The notes: generated from the sequence alone by a model not told the origin. A stretch of DNA of 64,000 bases from Neophaeotheca triangularis (GCA_054600435.1 BAAIJX010000080.1:1-64000), one strand, 5' to 3'; positions 34,555-46,985 are shown, numbered from the stretch's first letter. Numbers and translations: made by a program.

Positions 34555-35691
34555 ATGAGCGCCACCTCTACACCACAATTTGTTGCACTGGGCGGCATTT
34601 GGATCGATGAAATACACTCCGGCGACACCGAGCCTCAAAATGTCATTGGCGGTTCAGTGCCTTTCGGTAAGCAGGCCTCTTCACCGTATTGCATGGAAAG
34701 CTTTCAACTGACTCTTTAACTAGCTTCAATCGGGGCCCGCATGTTCGCTGGATCCCTCAGCGATGTCGGCATGTTCCTCATGGTCGGCAAAGACTTTCCC
34801 CAAGATGCCATGGAGCAGCTTGAAAGCCTGATGGTCGAATGCGAAATCATCACACTAGAGGATAAGCCCTCAGCCAGAGGCCGCATCGAGTACTCCAAAC
34901 CTTCAGACGAAGGAGCATTCTCCACTCCAGGAGAGCGAAAGCCATACCAGCGCCTCACAGCGCCTCTGAACGTCGTCCCTGAAGACCTCAAGAAGACTCC
35001 CAAGCTACTCCAATCAAAAGCCTTCCACTTCTTCGACACGCCAGAAGCCGTGCACAAGCAACTCTTCGCTCTGTACACGCTACGTGCCCAGGCACTCCCC
35101 GCCACCGACCTCGACCGCCCCTTCGTCGTCTGGGAGCCACACCCACGCTCCTGCACGCCCGAGAACCTACGATCCCACCAGCAAATCTCCATGCTCGTCG
35201 ACGTCTTCTCGCCCAACCACAACGAGCTCGCCGCCTTCTTCACTACAACCCCGGACCAGCCCTTCAGCCGCCAGACCGTCGAAGACCACGCCCGCGCTTT
35301 TCTCAAAAACAATGTAGGCCCCGGTCACAGCGGCTGTCTCGTCGTCAGAGCTGCCGAGCACGGCTGCATGGTTTGTCAAGTCTGTAGCCCAGCCGTCTGG
35401 TTCCTTCCATACTATCCCCCGGGCTCGAATCAAGTTGTCGATCCCACGGGAGCGGGCAATGCGTTTCTCGGCGCTTTCACTATAGGCTGGCTGGAGACGG
35501 GGAGTTATCGCGAAGCGGCCAAGTATGGTAGTGTCGCGGCTAGCTTTGTAGTTGAGCAGATTGGCCCGCCTAACATGAGCTGGAAAGCTTCGGTGGGGTT
35601 GTGCAATGGGAAGTCGATTAGGAAGCGGTTGGGGGAGTACGAGACAATGGTTGTTAATGATGTCTCGTCTCGTCTGATGACACCTTTGTAG
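34555..35691 (+). CDS. PfkB/ribokinase-like protein, Mak32-like subfamily
   Basis: FVALGGIWIDEI..IGGS, intron 34667-34723, VVWEP, VDVFSPNHNEL, VVDPTGAGNAFLG, SFVVEQIG. Confidence 0.85.
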
Positions 35692-35847
35692 CAATCGGAT
35701 CGGGCGATCTTCACTAATAGAGCGAAGAATTCGAGGCAGTTCTGTAGAGCTGTTTCCAAAGTAGAATATCAAAGCGTGATCCAGCTTGACTTCAGAATCT
35801 AGGCCACTAAATCCACATCATGAGCCAACGATAAAAAGCGTCGTGTG

Positions 35848-35908
35848 AGCTGCGAGACATCTCGCCGTGTTGGCTGTATTGCGCTCTGATTCGATTGGCC
35901 AGCGCAAG
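35848..35908 (+). repeat. Diverged 61-bp direct repeat, copy B
   Basis: Ungapped 51/61 match to 34041-34101. Confidence 0.85.
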
Positions 35909-37170
35909 CAATTGCCCGGCAAGGCTTAGCATCTGCGGCCATCCGAGTAGTAAAGACCGGTGGAATCGTTCTGCGTTATCTTGTGGATATGGCACATAGA
36001 AGTATCTTAAAGAATATATACAATCGAACAACAATAGTGAGCACATACGACCACAGCTCAGTGAATCTAAGGCATCCGCAAAAATCGCCGTAGGCGAGTT
36101 TTGCCGTCCGCCACATGTACTAAAGCCAGAACATGTGGTAAATTAGGGTCCATACAAGGCAATAATTTCTATGCCATTTCTTGCTTATTTCTTGCTCTCA
36201 ACACGGCGATCCCAAATCTTACTTGCTCCATGCACTACTTCATGGTAGTGAATCGCCCTCGCAGCTCCCGATATCTTGAAGTAGATCTCTATAGAGTTAG
36301 TAGCGCTCTTTTTCGCGATGTCGCCTAGTACCAGCCAGTCACCCAGTAGACTTCCGAACATAGAACCAACGTAGTACTGTATATGGAGTCGCCGTGTAGC
36401 CATATTCGGTAGTAGCGACTGCGGTTCTTTGGAAGTTGGCTACAGTAGAGAGTCGTTGTCGGATCTTAGTGATTGATCTCGGGAATGGCGGGATCGTTGT
36501 TGGACCTTTCAATATCACGTCAAGCGTCCACTCTAGAGCTTCTATCCATACGCATGCATACGAGATCAGCAGTTAGGTGTCCACGATCTTCACCGAGGCA
36601 AGCGGCTGCTTATACTAGCTCTGCCTTGAAAGTCTTTACTCTGACAGCATTCCAGCCGCCTGAATCTACACCACTCGTGAGCAGCAGCTTTCCACACAAG
36701 AGCTCTGGCATTCACTACAGAAATAAACGGCAGCTTGCATTACTAGCTTCATTTCGATTACGCTCGCACTAATAAACCCAGGATCCAAAATGCCCACTTC
36801 CCGTCGTCCAATGCTGTTTCCGGCCCCGCCCGACCAGTCTTAGGGCGACGACCTTGACTTTCGAAGGCTGCCGAGCGACCATCAGCATGATCCTGCGAAT
36901 GAGAAAGCCGACCAGCTTGACGCTGGCGACCAACCACCCGTTCAACCGCCAGTCCCAAAATGTCGCCCACCTTCAGCCAAGAGTCAGAAAAAGCCAGAGG
37001 ATGTTGAATATCCAGGTGCCGAATGGCATCATCGCTGCTCCGATCGTGGCTGTTATCGTAGCCGCAGTGCTCAGTTCGGGGTTTAGCACCAACAAACCCT
37101 CTGGAACCCCTTCGTTGACATAGCGCAAATCTATGCACTCTTTTGACGTCGTGTTGTCGCGGGTCTTCGC

Positions 37171-37785
37171 TCAACCATTACCCGCCTCCCCATCCCTCGG
37201 ATACCCGTTCGCCTTCTCAACGAACCCCCCAAATGGCAACATAACCAGATAAGTAGGCGAATTGACCAAGCCAATCGCAATGTCGCAGTCACGCTTGGGA
37301 AAACCGCAGGGCATCGAGTCGGATGCGATCTTAGCCTGGTTGCTCATGTGGTGCAGTTTCTCGGGCCGAATCCTGGTCGGCGATAATTGTCGATCTGGGG
37401 CTCGCTCGATCTTCTTCTGGTGATGGGCTATGGCTTTCGTTGTCGGGAGAGGCTCTTTCGGGATCGCTGCGTGGGTCTGCTGATGCTGATTCGTGGAGGG
37501 TAGCTGGTATTGGGTCGTGTAAGTCGAGCTTAGGACTGCTGGATGGATGGCGGTGTTATGTGTCGTAGTAGAGGGTGCCGGCATGGTGGGCTTGCTGTTA
37601 ACATGATCAGAGGCAGCTTCGGTTTTGACGGCGTTTTGACCGTGCTGATCGGTAGGGTGGTATCCGTCGTAGGGTGGGCCGGTTTCGGGCTGAAGTTCAC
37701 TCATGCGCGCAACAGGTGCTCTGCCCTGGGCGGGTAGAGTGAGCATATCATCCAGGGTCTCGCTCTCGCTAGCAAAACTTACCAT
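37171..37785 (-). CDS. Hypothetical low-complexity orphan protein
   Basis: 204-codon ORF. The ATG is followed by a well-formed 57-nt in-frame intron (GTAAGT..GCTCAC..CCCAG, 37782-37726). No recognised domain. Confidence 0.45.
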   Translation of the reverse strand: MVSFASESETLDDMLTLPAQGRAPVARMSELQPETGPPYDGYHPTDQHGQNAVKTEAASDHVNSKPTMPAPSTTTHNTAIHPAVLSSTYTTQYQLPSTNQHQQTHAAIPKEPLPTTKAIAHHQKKIERAPDRQLSPTRIRPEKLHHMSNQAKIASDSMPCGFPKRDCDIAIGLVNSPTYLVMLPFGGFVEKANGYPRDGEAGNG

Positions 37786-38546
37786 GACTCCTGCTATCTA
37801 TCGTAATATGACTTAAAGTAATATTGTCGAACGGCTCCGAATCAATACACTAATGACAGCCGCAATTAATTGAAAAAGAGGAGAGGGAGAGAGATCTGTA
37901 GTCTTTTGGCTGGGGTATGGTTGTTTGTTTGTATAATTGCAGGTGAGACCAGCGTTATGTAGGTGAGAGCGATCGCGATCAAGCTTGTGAAAGGCAAGCC
38001 CACACCGTACTTCACATGCTATGTCGAAGCAAGTGAGGATCACGCCTAGCAGAGTTCTACGAAACCAGTAAGAGGGTTGCGAATAGCTGCCGGCAGTGTT
38101 GGATCTCGACAGGAAGTTTCGCGCGCGTATTGCGGCGTGACCATTGAACACCGAAGTGAATCGTCTCCAAACCGTGAGCGTAGTGGCGACGGAGGATGAG
38201 CAAGGTGAACTGGCAGAGAGTGGGGCGTTCGACAGGCCCATTGTGCTGCAGCTTCTTCCGCACGTGACGCTAGTCGATCTGTCACCGGGATCTCCGCTGT
38301 CTGCAAATACTTCTTCGAGAGACCCTAGCGTGAATGCTCTTCCACTGGATCGCACAAGACTTCTGACTCGGAGGCTTCCATGAAAGAGCTGTCCCATATT
38401 TCTCAGGTCATTGAGATCCCTGTATCTCTGGCTGGGACTGATCGATCTGTCTCGACCAAACACGGGCTCTCGGTCCAGTATTTCAAAAGTCGTCGCATAG
38501 CTCTGGGGGCGAGTACTAAACTTAGTCGTCGTCGTTATAGAACAGC

Positions 38547-39186
38547 TCAGAGCAAATCGAAATCGTCCAGCTTGTCGCGGTACTTCATGATATTCCTCTT
38601 GATCTTGGAAGAATCCACCCAAGTAACAAAGTCCTCCATATTTCTGCACTTTCCGTTAGCATCAAGCCCGAACCCAAACCAACAGCAGCAGGATCCTCAT
38701 AGATCAAGCAGCAACTCACCTCGTAACCAAAAAGGCCCCATCGGTAACCACCTCCGTACCGACCCTCACATGCCCTTGCTCCACAAACTTCGTCGCCGCC
38801 GTAACATTTTCAGCCATTCTCAAACGGGTCATGACAACCGCCAATCTCCTCCTGCAAAAAGCGCTCACAGTGACCTTGCGCTCAACATCGCTCAATTTCC
38901 CCCTCCCTCCGCCCCCGACACCCAGCAAGCCCATGTCGTGCAGTTTCTCCAAGAGCGCATCCTCCTGTTTCCGACGGAAAGCACTCTCTGGCGGCAAAAG
39001 CGCTAGACGATGCGCTAGGTGTCGCAGCTGTCCGGCGAGCTTGTTGTAGGAGCTGTAGTCTGCTGGGTTCGTGAGGGAGTAGCGGCGGATGATTTCCGCT
39101 GAGCGATGGTGCGGGTCCGAAGGGTAGTTTGTAAAGTCTACTTTGCGGAGGAGCTTGTTCTCGTGGTGCTTGAGTTTGCGGACCAT
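38547..39186 (-). CDS. IMP3: U3 snoRNP protein Imp3 (S4 domain)
   Basis: [37 protein letters not shown]; intron 38719-38644; exon 2 [31 protein letters not shown]. Confidence 0.95.
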
Positions 39187-39636
39187 ATTTGCGACGGTTG
39201 TGGTGGCTGTATGGAGACGGATGAAGGAGGTAGTATTGCAAGGCGGAAGTTGCGCTGAAGTGCAAAGCGCTGCTGGAGACTTTTTAGTGGGGACGACGGT
39301 GCGGGCCGACTTTCGCACTATCTTGCCCAGGGCATCGCCAGGGCGGCATGTGACGGCGACAGCAACCCTGAGGATAGAAAGTCGGCAGTGCTACATGTCA
39401 GCGCCACGTGGTTCAATATATCAAGACATTCGTGAAAGGCACACGCTATCAGTAAAGGTAGTGCCGTGCAAGAATTACGCGTTGAAGTACGCTTTCAGCA
39501 ATGCCCTCTCTATGCATGCTCGTCTATGGTACAGATGGATATGCTCGTAGCAGAACAGATACTTGAATCTCGCCGCTCCTCGCAGCCACCGGGTAGCCAG
39601 GTCTCGAGAAGATGATTTGAAGGCGCAACAGACCCC

Positions 39637-41299
39637 TCACATTCCCTCGAAGCCACCCTCGTCCCCATCACCGACGTCGTCGTCTCCGTCAATAATTTCC
39701 TTCGCCAACTCCCTCTCCCTTTCCCTGGCCTTGGCTGCTTCCGCAATTTCCTGCCTGTGTTTGTGTTGAGGGTATCTCATTGCACGAACGCACTCATCGC
39801 GCATCCCCAGCAGTGCTTCGATGCGCGCGTGAAATGCCTCGCTTGGCTCGGTGGTACTGTACGCATCCTTCGCAGGAGTCGTGAGCATGTGACCGTTCTG
39901 GTGGTCCAACGAAGCTTCGATAACACCGTCGCGAATGGCCTTGGCAGTAATGTATTCGGCGCTCTCCTCACTGGAGATCGATAGGCGTGTGCAGATGTCT
40001 CGGAGAGAGATGCGCGAGTAGGAGAGCGAAAGCATGCGAACGCCCGTCTTGATGACGTTCTGACGCAGGCGAAGGATGAGAGTGTACGTGCCGTCAGCGC
40101 GGAACTGAGTCACGTTGTTCTCAACACACTTGAGGAAAGCCTGCAAGTCGCCTACGCGCACCGCCTGCACCAGCTTGAAGTAGGGTTGAAGAGAGAGCTC
40201 GAGGTTGGCTTGGCGGAAGATTGAGCGCTCTGGGATGTCTCCCATAAGCAATTCGACCACAATGAGGAGCTTGTTGGCTTGCTGATAGAAGCCGGCCGCT
40301 GATGAGCTCGTAGGCGACTTGCGAGTGGCGGATGTGAGGTGCTCGTGCGCTTGGGTGTATGCGAGCTGGATTGCGCGAATGCGACCTAGGTAGTAGAGGT
40401 ACCTGCATACCTGGTTGTTGGACGCAGTGCTAGGAAACTGCGTCTGGGCGATCAAGAGATCTGCTTGTGTGATATCTGCAGTGCTGATGTAGTTGCGTAG
40501 GAGCAGAACAGTTACCGCCGCTTGAGTGTCACTGTCCTTCCTCAGCACTGACGAGCGGAGAGCTGCCAGAAGTTTGGGTCGGATCTCAACGACAGGAGAT
40601 TGTTTTGAAGGCGGCTGAGGATCTAGCTTTTCGTGGAAGAGAGAGAAGTAGTAGTAAGCCTTCGCGCCGATGGGGTCGAGGGTACGTCGGTTGAAAGAGC
40701 GGATCTTATCCACGAAGCGATCGCTGAACTCGGCGCCCTTCTCGTACTGCTCAGAGTCGTAGAGATAGACCTTGTGAAATTGTCAGCATTGTTATTTGAC
40801 GCTCACCGCCAGAGCGCTTGTTCTCAGCTCTCGGCCGCCACTCACCTGACATAGCACGCCCAAGTAAGCCCAACTTTCCGGCAATTGATCCTCACCAACA
40901 TCTCCCTTAGTTCCAGTGGTAGGCGCGGACCCATTCTGCACCTGCGTGTACTGTTTCGGCAGCACGCTCTCCAAGACTCTTCTCGCTGGGTGGGCCGGCT
41001 TCGGGTACAGCGTGCGAATGCCGATAGCTATTGGCTCTGGATTGTTGGGTGCTTTGCGGATGGTAGAGATGGATCTCAGAGCTCGGAGGGTGAATCGTGG
41101 GTCGAAGGCATCAACGGCAGCGTTGAGCAGGGAGAAGTTGTTCGTGACAACTAGAAGGGGTACTTAGATCAGCGGTGATACGAGGAAGCTCGTTCAGACA
41201 AGACAACGTACTTCTCTCAGCTGGCAGCTCTGGCGCAGGCCCGACCTTCTCCTCTTGCTTATCGGCCGCGACGGCATCGATATCCATCTTGTCTGCCAT
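39637..41299 (-). CDS. RPN3: 26S proteasome lid subunit Rpn3 (PCI domain)
   Basis: FDPRFTLRALR, RYLYYLGRIRAIQL, LRLRQNVIKTG, AKAIRDGVIEA. Introns 41211-41151 and 40845-40771. Confidence 0.95.
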
Positions 41300-41475
41300 G
41301 TTGAGCAGAATCGGAGGTGATGGGGGAGTTGTGAGAGAACACGGGTGAGCTTGGGAGGGTGTTTGTCGGAGGCAAGGCAAGCTCGCTGGCGTTGCTTCAT
41401 CGACCGGCGTCTCGTGCTTGGCAAGCATCATCAGAAAGTAGAGGGTCAGGGTTCAGTCGCGCCTTCCATTCTAAC

Positions 41476-41486
41476 ACGCGTAAACA
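41476..41486 (+). promoter_or_regulatory. Overlapping MCB (ACGCGT) and forkhead (GTAAACA) consensus sites upstream of SPC34
   Basis: ACGCGTAAACA, about 140 bp before the SPC34 ATG. Confidence 0.5.
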
Positions 41487-41624
41487 CTTAGACGAAGGAT
41501 ACACAAACCTATAGTAGTTGATGAGCTATACAAGCAATACTTTACATGCACTCATGTAGTCTCCGGACTTGAAAGATATCTCGAAAATCTCCGAGACTAT
41601 TGTCTACGAACACCGACCGGCATC

Positions 41625-42463
41625 ATGACTACCCTACTCTCATCCCATCTAGACCAAATCTCCCTCTGCAGCAATAGCATTGGCTCCCTGTCCTTTTCGG
41701 CCCCAAAACCTTTCACAAATGCCTTGCTATCCAACCACGACATAACAGCCCTGATCCGCGATACCGAAGCTCACGAACGTGCCCTCTTCCATCTCGCACC
41801 ACCTCCTCTACCGCCCAAGACCGGCGCAGCTACAGACTTCGGCACTTCTTTCTCGGCGAGCGCGGCAGGCAGTGCGCCGGTTGAGAAGAGGAGAGCAACG
41901 TTTGCTGCCCCGAGGCAGCCTCGAAATCGAGCCGTCGCTGCTGTGCTGGGTGGGGAACTGTTTCAAAGAACACGAAAGGAAGCTGCGGCTGTCAGTCAAG
42001 CGCAGGTCAAAGGGGAGAGAGTTAAGGGGGAGGTAGATGTTGGGGTACTGCTCGAGGGGGCCGAGAAGCTTGCCGCTGTGTAGTAAGTCATTCGAGACAC
42101 GACGGTGTGCGAAGCTGCGTGATGCTAACACTTCACTGCAGCCCGATCCCAGGCGCAAATGATCGCATAGCTCAGCTGAGGCGACGGTATCAACAGTTGG
42201 CAGCAAACATCGCACATTACGAAGGGAGAGTTGCGCTGCAGTCTCGAGAGCTGGAAAGGATGTATGGACCCTCGGGTCGCGGAGACTATGGCGAGCATGC
42301 GGATGACCTGGAGGAAGCTGAGGATGTCGAAGCACCGGCCTTGCACACCAAGGATGATCTTTTGCGTGAAGAGATCGAGGTTGAGGAACTGGAGAGGAAG
42401 AAGCGCGCGTTGGAGGAAAGGGTGTCTGGAATGGAAAGAGATCTCGGTGGCCTCATGAGATGA
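41625..42463 (+). CDS. SPC34: DASH/Dam1 complex subunit Spc34
   Basis: LSSHLDQISLC..FTNALLSNHDITALIRDTEAHERALF, LLEGAEKLAAVY|PIPGA; intron 42083-42141; coiled-coil C-terminus. Confidence 0.9.
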
Positions 42464-43194
42464 AACTCACCTGACTTACGATATCACGATATGGAACGAC
42501 AACCCTCCCACCCTTCGAGAAACGATTCTTTCTCGGATGAGAGAAACGTTTTCAGCCGGCCGATGGACAAGCTTGTCCGCCAACACGCAGCAACGGATTA
42601 TCAATACCTTCGCAGCACAATTGCTGAAGACAAGGCGATTTAACAGAAGTGGGATTCGCGGCGAAGCTAGCACGGTGGGATAGGTGGCAGAGCGTAGGGC
42701 GAAGCGCCTCTAGACAGGTCTTGCAGTCAGACTAGACGGCATCTGTGAGCTGGGTGGAGAAATGTCGCCGAGCAAAGGACGGGCGGCGAATGAGCCGTAT
42801 AGTGGCCAGTTGACATTAGATACCAGCCAGTATTGTTGGTTCTATCTCCCAGGTGTTGTATTCAGATCACATGAGACCAATCAACGAGAACCGTAGTGTA
42901 ATACAGTTGATCTACCTTTTTGCCAAGAGTTTCCGACTTCACATGGGACGAGACGAAAGCGAGCGGGCAGCTTCACTCCCAACGTGCACCACACGCGCCT
43001 GCCAACACGGGTTCCCTACTCATTTAGTCCAATAGACACATGGTCAATCGCCAAGTAGTCTCTTGAGCTCTGTTCCTATTGACTCAGTCAAGGATCACAT
43101 TGGCGCCCCAACGAAGAATCCGAGCTATTGCGACAGCGGATCAGTCGGAAGTCATACAGACTGTTCCGCCAGCTGTTAGGCAACACAGAAGAGC

Positions 43195-44505
43195 ATGGCT
43201 ACAGGTGGGAACAACGCCGGTGGTGGCGACGCTCCAGGCGGTAGCGGAGGCATGAAAATCCTCAAACCGAGTGAAATCGATGGCCTGCCCATCCTACCCC
43301 CCGAGACGAAGGCTAAGGCGAAGGGCCACCTCCAAAACGCATGGCAGCAGTACAACAATAATGCCGAGGGTAGCGAAGAGCGGAATCAAGCGAAAATGAG
43401 ATTGCAGCACATCAGCACGCAGATATACAAGGAACTCTCGAAGGCGCGTAGACCTCAAAGTCAGCAGCAACAGCAAGGGCAGCCGCACGATAATGGCCAG
43501 CAGCCTCAGCAGCAACCGCAGCAACCGCCACAGCAAATGCCGCAGCAACAACAGCAGCAGCAGCAGCCGACCAATGGTGTTCCGAATGCGCAGGGCCCGC
43601 AGCAACAGCAGCAAGTGCAACAGCAGCAACAGCAAGGCGGAGCCGGAGGTGGTGGTGGAGGACCCAGCCAGATCAGTGATGCAGTTCGCGATAAGGTGTC
43701 GAACGTCAAGCTTGCTCCGCCGTTGAATATGACTCAAGAGCAAAGAGGTGAATGGTTGGCAAGGTGGAGAAACGACGCTGGTAGTGCCTTGACCAAAGAG
43801 CAGAAGGCCAGGCAGTTTGGAAGCAATGCTCAGGGTCAGATCAAGCAGCTGAAGAGTCAGGGACAAGAGCCGCCCCCACAGTTGGAGAACCAGGTGAAGC
43901 AGGCTCACAGGGCATTAGTCGAGGCGCAGCAAAGGTGGACCCAGTTGTTGCAGGAGAACGCGGCTAATATTGCGGCGTGGGAACAGGCGAAGCGCCAGCA
44001 GAGTGGTGGGCAACAGTCGCAACCCCAACCAACGCAACAAATGCAGAGTCAGGGTCAGGGTCAAGCTCAGGTGCCAGCACAAGGTCAAGGTCAAGGTCAA
44101 GGTCAAGGTCAGGGGCAGCAGCAGCAGCAGCAGCAGCAGAGACCTTCCACTCAACAGGGTCAAGACGTGAAGATGAATATGGATGCGAGTAATACGGCAA
44201 TGTCGCCTCAGCAGTCGCAGCAGAACTTTCCACCTCAGCAGTCGCAGCCACAGGGTCAGCAGCAACAGCAAGCGCCTTCGCAGACACCACAGAATCTTCC
44301 ACAACAGCGTCAAGTGCAAGGCGGACCACAACAACAACAACAACAACAACAACAACAGACTCCCCAGCCATCCTCAACGCCTCAAGTACAATCATCGATC
44401 CCTCAGCAGACACCAAATCCACAACAGCAAAATCAGCAGCAGGTTAGACCGCAGCAGCAAGTCCCTCAGCAAATGCCTCAGCCGCAACAACAGCCGCCGC
44501 CCCCA

Positions 44506-44545
<40 letters not shown>

Positions 44546-45375
44546 AACCTCAGCCTCAAGCGCCAAACAATACGGGACCTCAGCGCCCTCAGCCATTGAA
44601 CCACCAAAGCGCCATAGCGCAAGCGACACAACAGTGGGGTCAGCAACAGCAGCAAGCGGCGCAAAACGGTCAAAATATCCCTCAAAATCAAGGACAACCT
44701 CCGCAACCACCCCCAGCTGCCCCAAACGGCCTGCCGTACAACAACCTCCCCCCTCAAGCCAACACCCCCACCTCAGGATTCCCTTCCATTCCACCCCAAC
44801 AGCAATTTCACTCGGCGCAAACCAAAATGCCCATTCCCAAAACCCTCAACCTAGGTCCCCAAACTCAGACACCACAGTACACCGGTCCCGCGCGTCCAAC
44901 CATGGGTCCGGGTCAAATGGGCATGGGCGGCCAACCGGGCATCCAACGCCCACCTCACTTCACCCTTGAAGGTGAAGGTGACCGCGTACTATCCAAGCGC
45001 AAACTCGACGAGCTCGTCCGCCAGGTGACCGGCTCCACCGCCCCAGCCGACAACACCAACGCCTCCTCCGATCCCAGCGGCGCCCTCTCCCCAGAAGTCG
45101 AAAGCGCAGTCCTCCACCTCGCCGACGACTTCGTCGACAACGTCATCGCTTCTGCGTGCCGCTTGGCGAAGCTCAGACCCGCGCAGACGCTAGAGCTTAA
45201 GGATTTGCAGGTCGTGCTGGAGAGGAACTACGGTATTCGCATTCCCGGGTATGGGTTGGATGAGGTCAGGACGGTTAGGAAGTTCATGCCGAGTGCCGGT
45301 TGGCAGAGCAAGATGCAGGCGGTGCAGGCGGGTAAGGTTATGAATGGTGCTAGTGGGAAGGAGGGGGAGAAGTAG
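43195..45375 (+). CDS. TAF12: TFIID/SAGA subunit Taf12 with a long Gln-rich N-terminal region
   Basis: C-terminal histone fold RVLSKRKLDELVRQV..LADDFVDNVIASACRLAKLR..LQVVLERNYGIRIPGY. Confidence 0.92.
44050..44548 (+). repeat. Coding microsatellites in TAF12: (CAAGGT)n, (CAG)n, (CAA)n
   Basis: QG repeat near 44080-44112, (CAG)8 near 44116, CAA run 44329-44355, CAG run from 44506. Confidence 0.85.
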
Positions 45376-46099
45376 AGGTAGCTGCATCCAATGGCTCTGG
45401 GTCGAGAATGTGTGTAATGGTGGGAGGAAGGGCTGGCTGTAAATTGAGGGTTCTGACGATGGTTCTACGTAAGTGTTGTTTCACTAGCGAGGAGTTTTTC
45501 CAAGGCACGGTTCTGGCGCCTGAGGACTACAGGGGACTTGAGAAGATTGTAACGCGACTTGGACTCGGGCGGTTCGATGCGTAGTCTTCTTAAAATGTAC
45601 CATGACCGATCATGCAACACAGCCATTACCTTTTCCGCTTCCGTTCCTCCTGTGGCAATGGATTTGTGCCTCGAATAGCTACCAGATTGCCCCGACTTCT
45701 CAACGCCCTGGCAGAACCTGGTGAGCTTAGGTGGTATGCTAGTAGTGCCTTGTAGGAAGGGTACAAGTCTCTTCGCCAAGGCATGCAATACAGAATCATG
45801 GCTAAGAAGTACGGTGCAGGCGGGGAGCGAAGTGAGGATACTAACGTAGCAGGAATTTTTACCGCCGGTTCGCCCCTTTTTATTTTTGTTTTTATTCATT
45901 CTCCCCCCTTGCCTCGCCTATGCTTTTCCTGTCATGGTCCTTGACCTGTCGCCTTGAAAGTACGGTGTTTGTGACACCATCGCACGGAAGCATTCTTGGA
46001 GTCTCGCGGCCATAGCTAGTGAGTTCAGACTGCACACGGCCGGCGCTTTGTACTGTGGCTGCATGCCTCTCCACTCAACCCTACAGTGCATCATTACGA

Positions 46100-46985
46100 C
46101 CAGTTCAAGCACGATACAGCTTCCTGGCATGGGCGCTTCAGCTCGTCATCGTGGTCTTGGGAGGGACCCACGATCTCAATCTCCTCGTCCAAAACACCCG
46201 CGTTACCGTCGTCGACATTGTCCCGATCTTCCTACTCCTCCACCTCCAGTTTCTCAGAGACTGGCACGTCTATGCCCCGAAGCTCTCGGCCTGGGTACTT
46301 TGAGAAATGATGCCAGTGCCACTCTGCGATGTTACACCTGGCAATGAACAGACGTCAGGTTGTCACCGCCGAATAGAGGTCCGCCGATAGTGAAGCGGTC
46401 GACAAACTGAGCCATGGCGTAAAGACAAGTATTGCGGATGCTTGTGGCAGCAGTGTCAATGCCCACGAGCTTGTTAGCATTGGTACCCATCTTCGCCGGT
46501 GTGGTATACAGATTTGGCAAGTGTGGACACTGGATCTTGAAGTCGGCTCGAAAGCTCTTTGAGTTGCGCGGGCGATACTCGGTTTCTTTCAGGCTCGTCG
46601 GGTTTCTTAGGCCCATCTTGCAAATTATCAGTCATGCTCATCGCGTTCCATCTCGCATCTACATCGGATGGGAATCCAGCGAAGCTCTCGTCTACACTTT
46701 CCGTGACGATTTCCTGGCGTTTCTGATCACTGCCAATTTCCTCATGCGAGGTCTCGAGTTCGCTGTTCTTGATATTTTCTTTTGACCGTTTCCTCTGCTC
46801 CTTTCTTTTCTCTAGGGTATCCGAACAATTAACAAGTGCATCAACGGCGGCGAGCAGCTTCTTGATCTCATCTTTCTTGTCACGGCCTTGTCAATCCCTC
46901 TTTGTAGTTCTTCGCGAGAGCCTCAGCTTTCTGTTTGGCAATCCTATTCTCGGCCGCTTTTTAATCAGAGCTCTCAGCCTGTAGA
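46100..46985 (-). pseudogene. Probable decayed protein-coding relic (charged, E/K/D-rich)
   Basis: Protein-like frames broken by TAA (46963-46961), a frameshift near 46890 and TAG (46234-46232). A 138-codon open stretch at 46890-46474 has no start codon near its 5' end. Confidence 0.4.

Noticed and set aside
35689..35697. TAG-CAA leaky-stop-like context after pfkB (also after the NIPA gene)
   Set aside because: Incomplete CARYYA match, and the extensions do not end in a PTS1 or other signal.
37813..38649. 278-aa minus-strand ORF
   Set aside because: Begins at the IMP3 intron/exon 2 boundary in another frame with a non-ATG start; the product is not protein-like.
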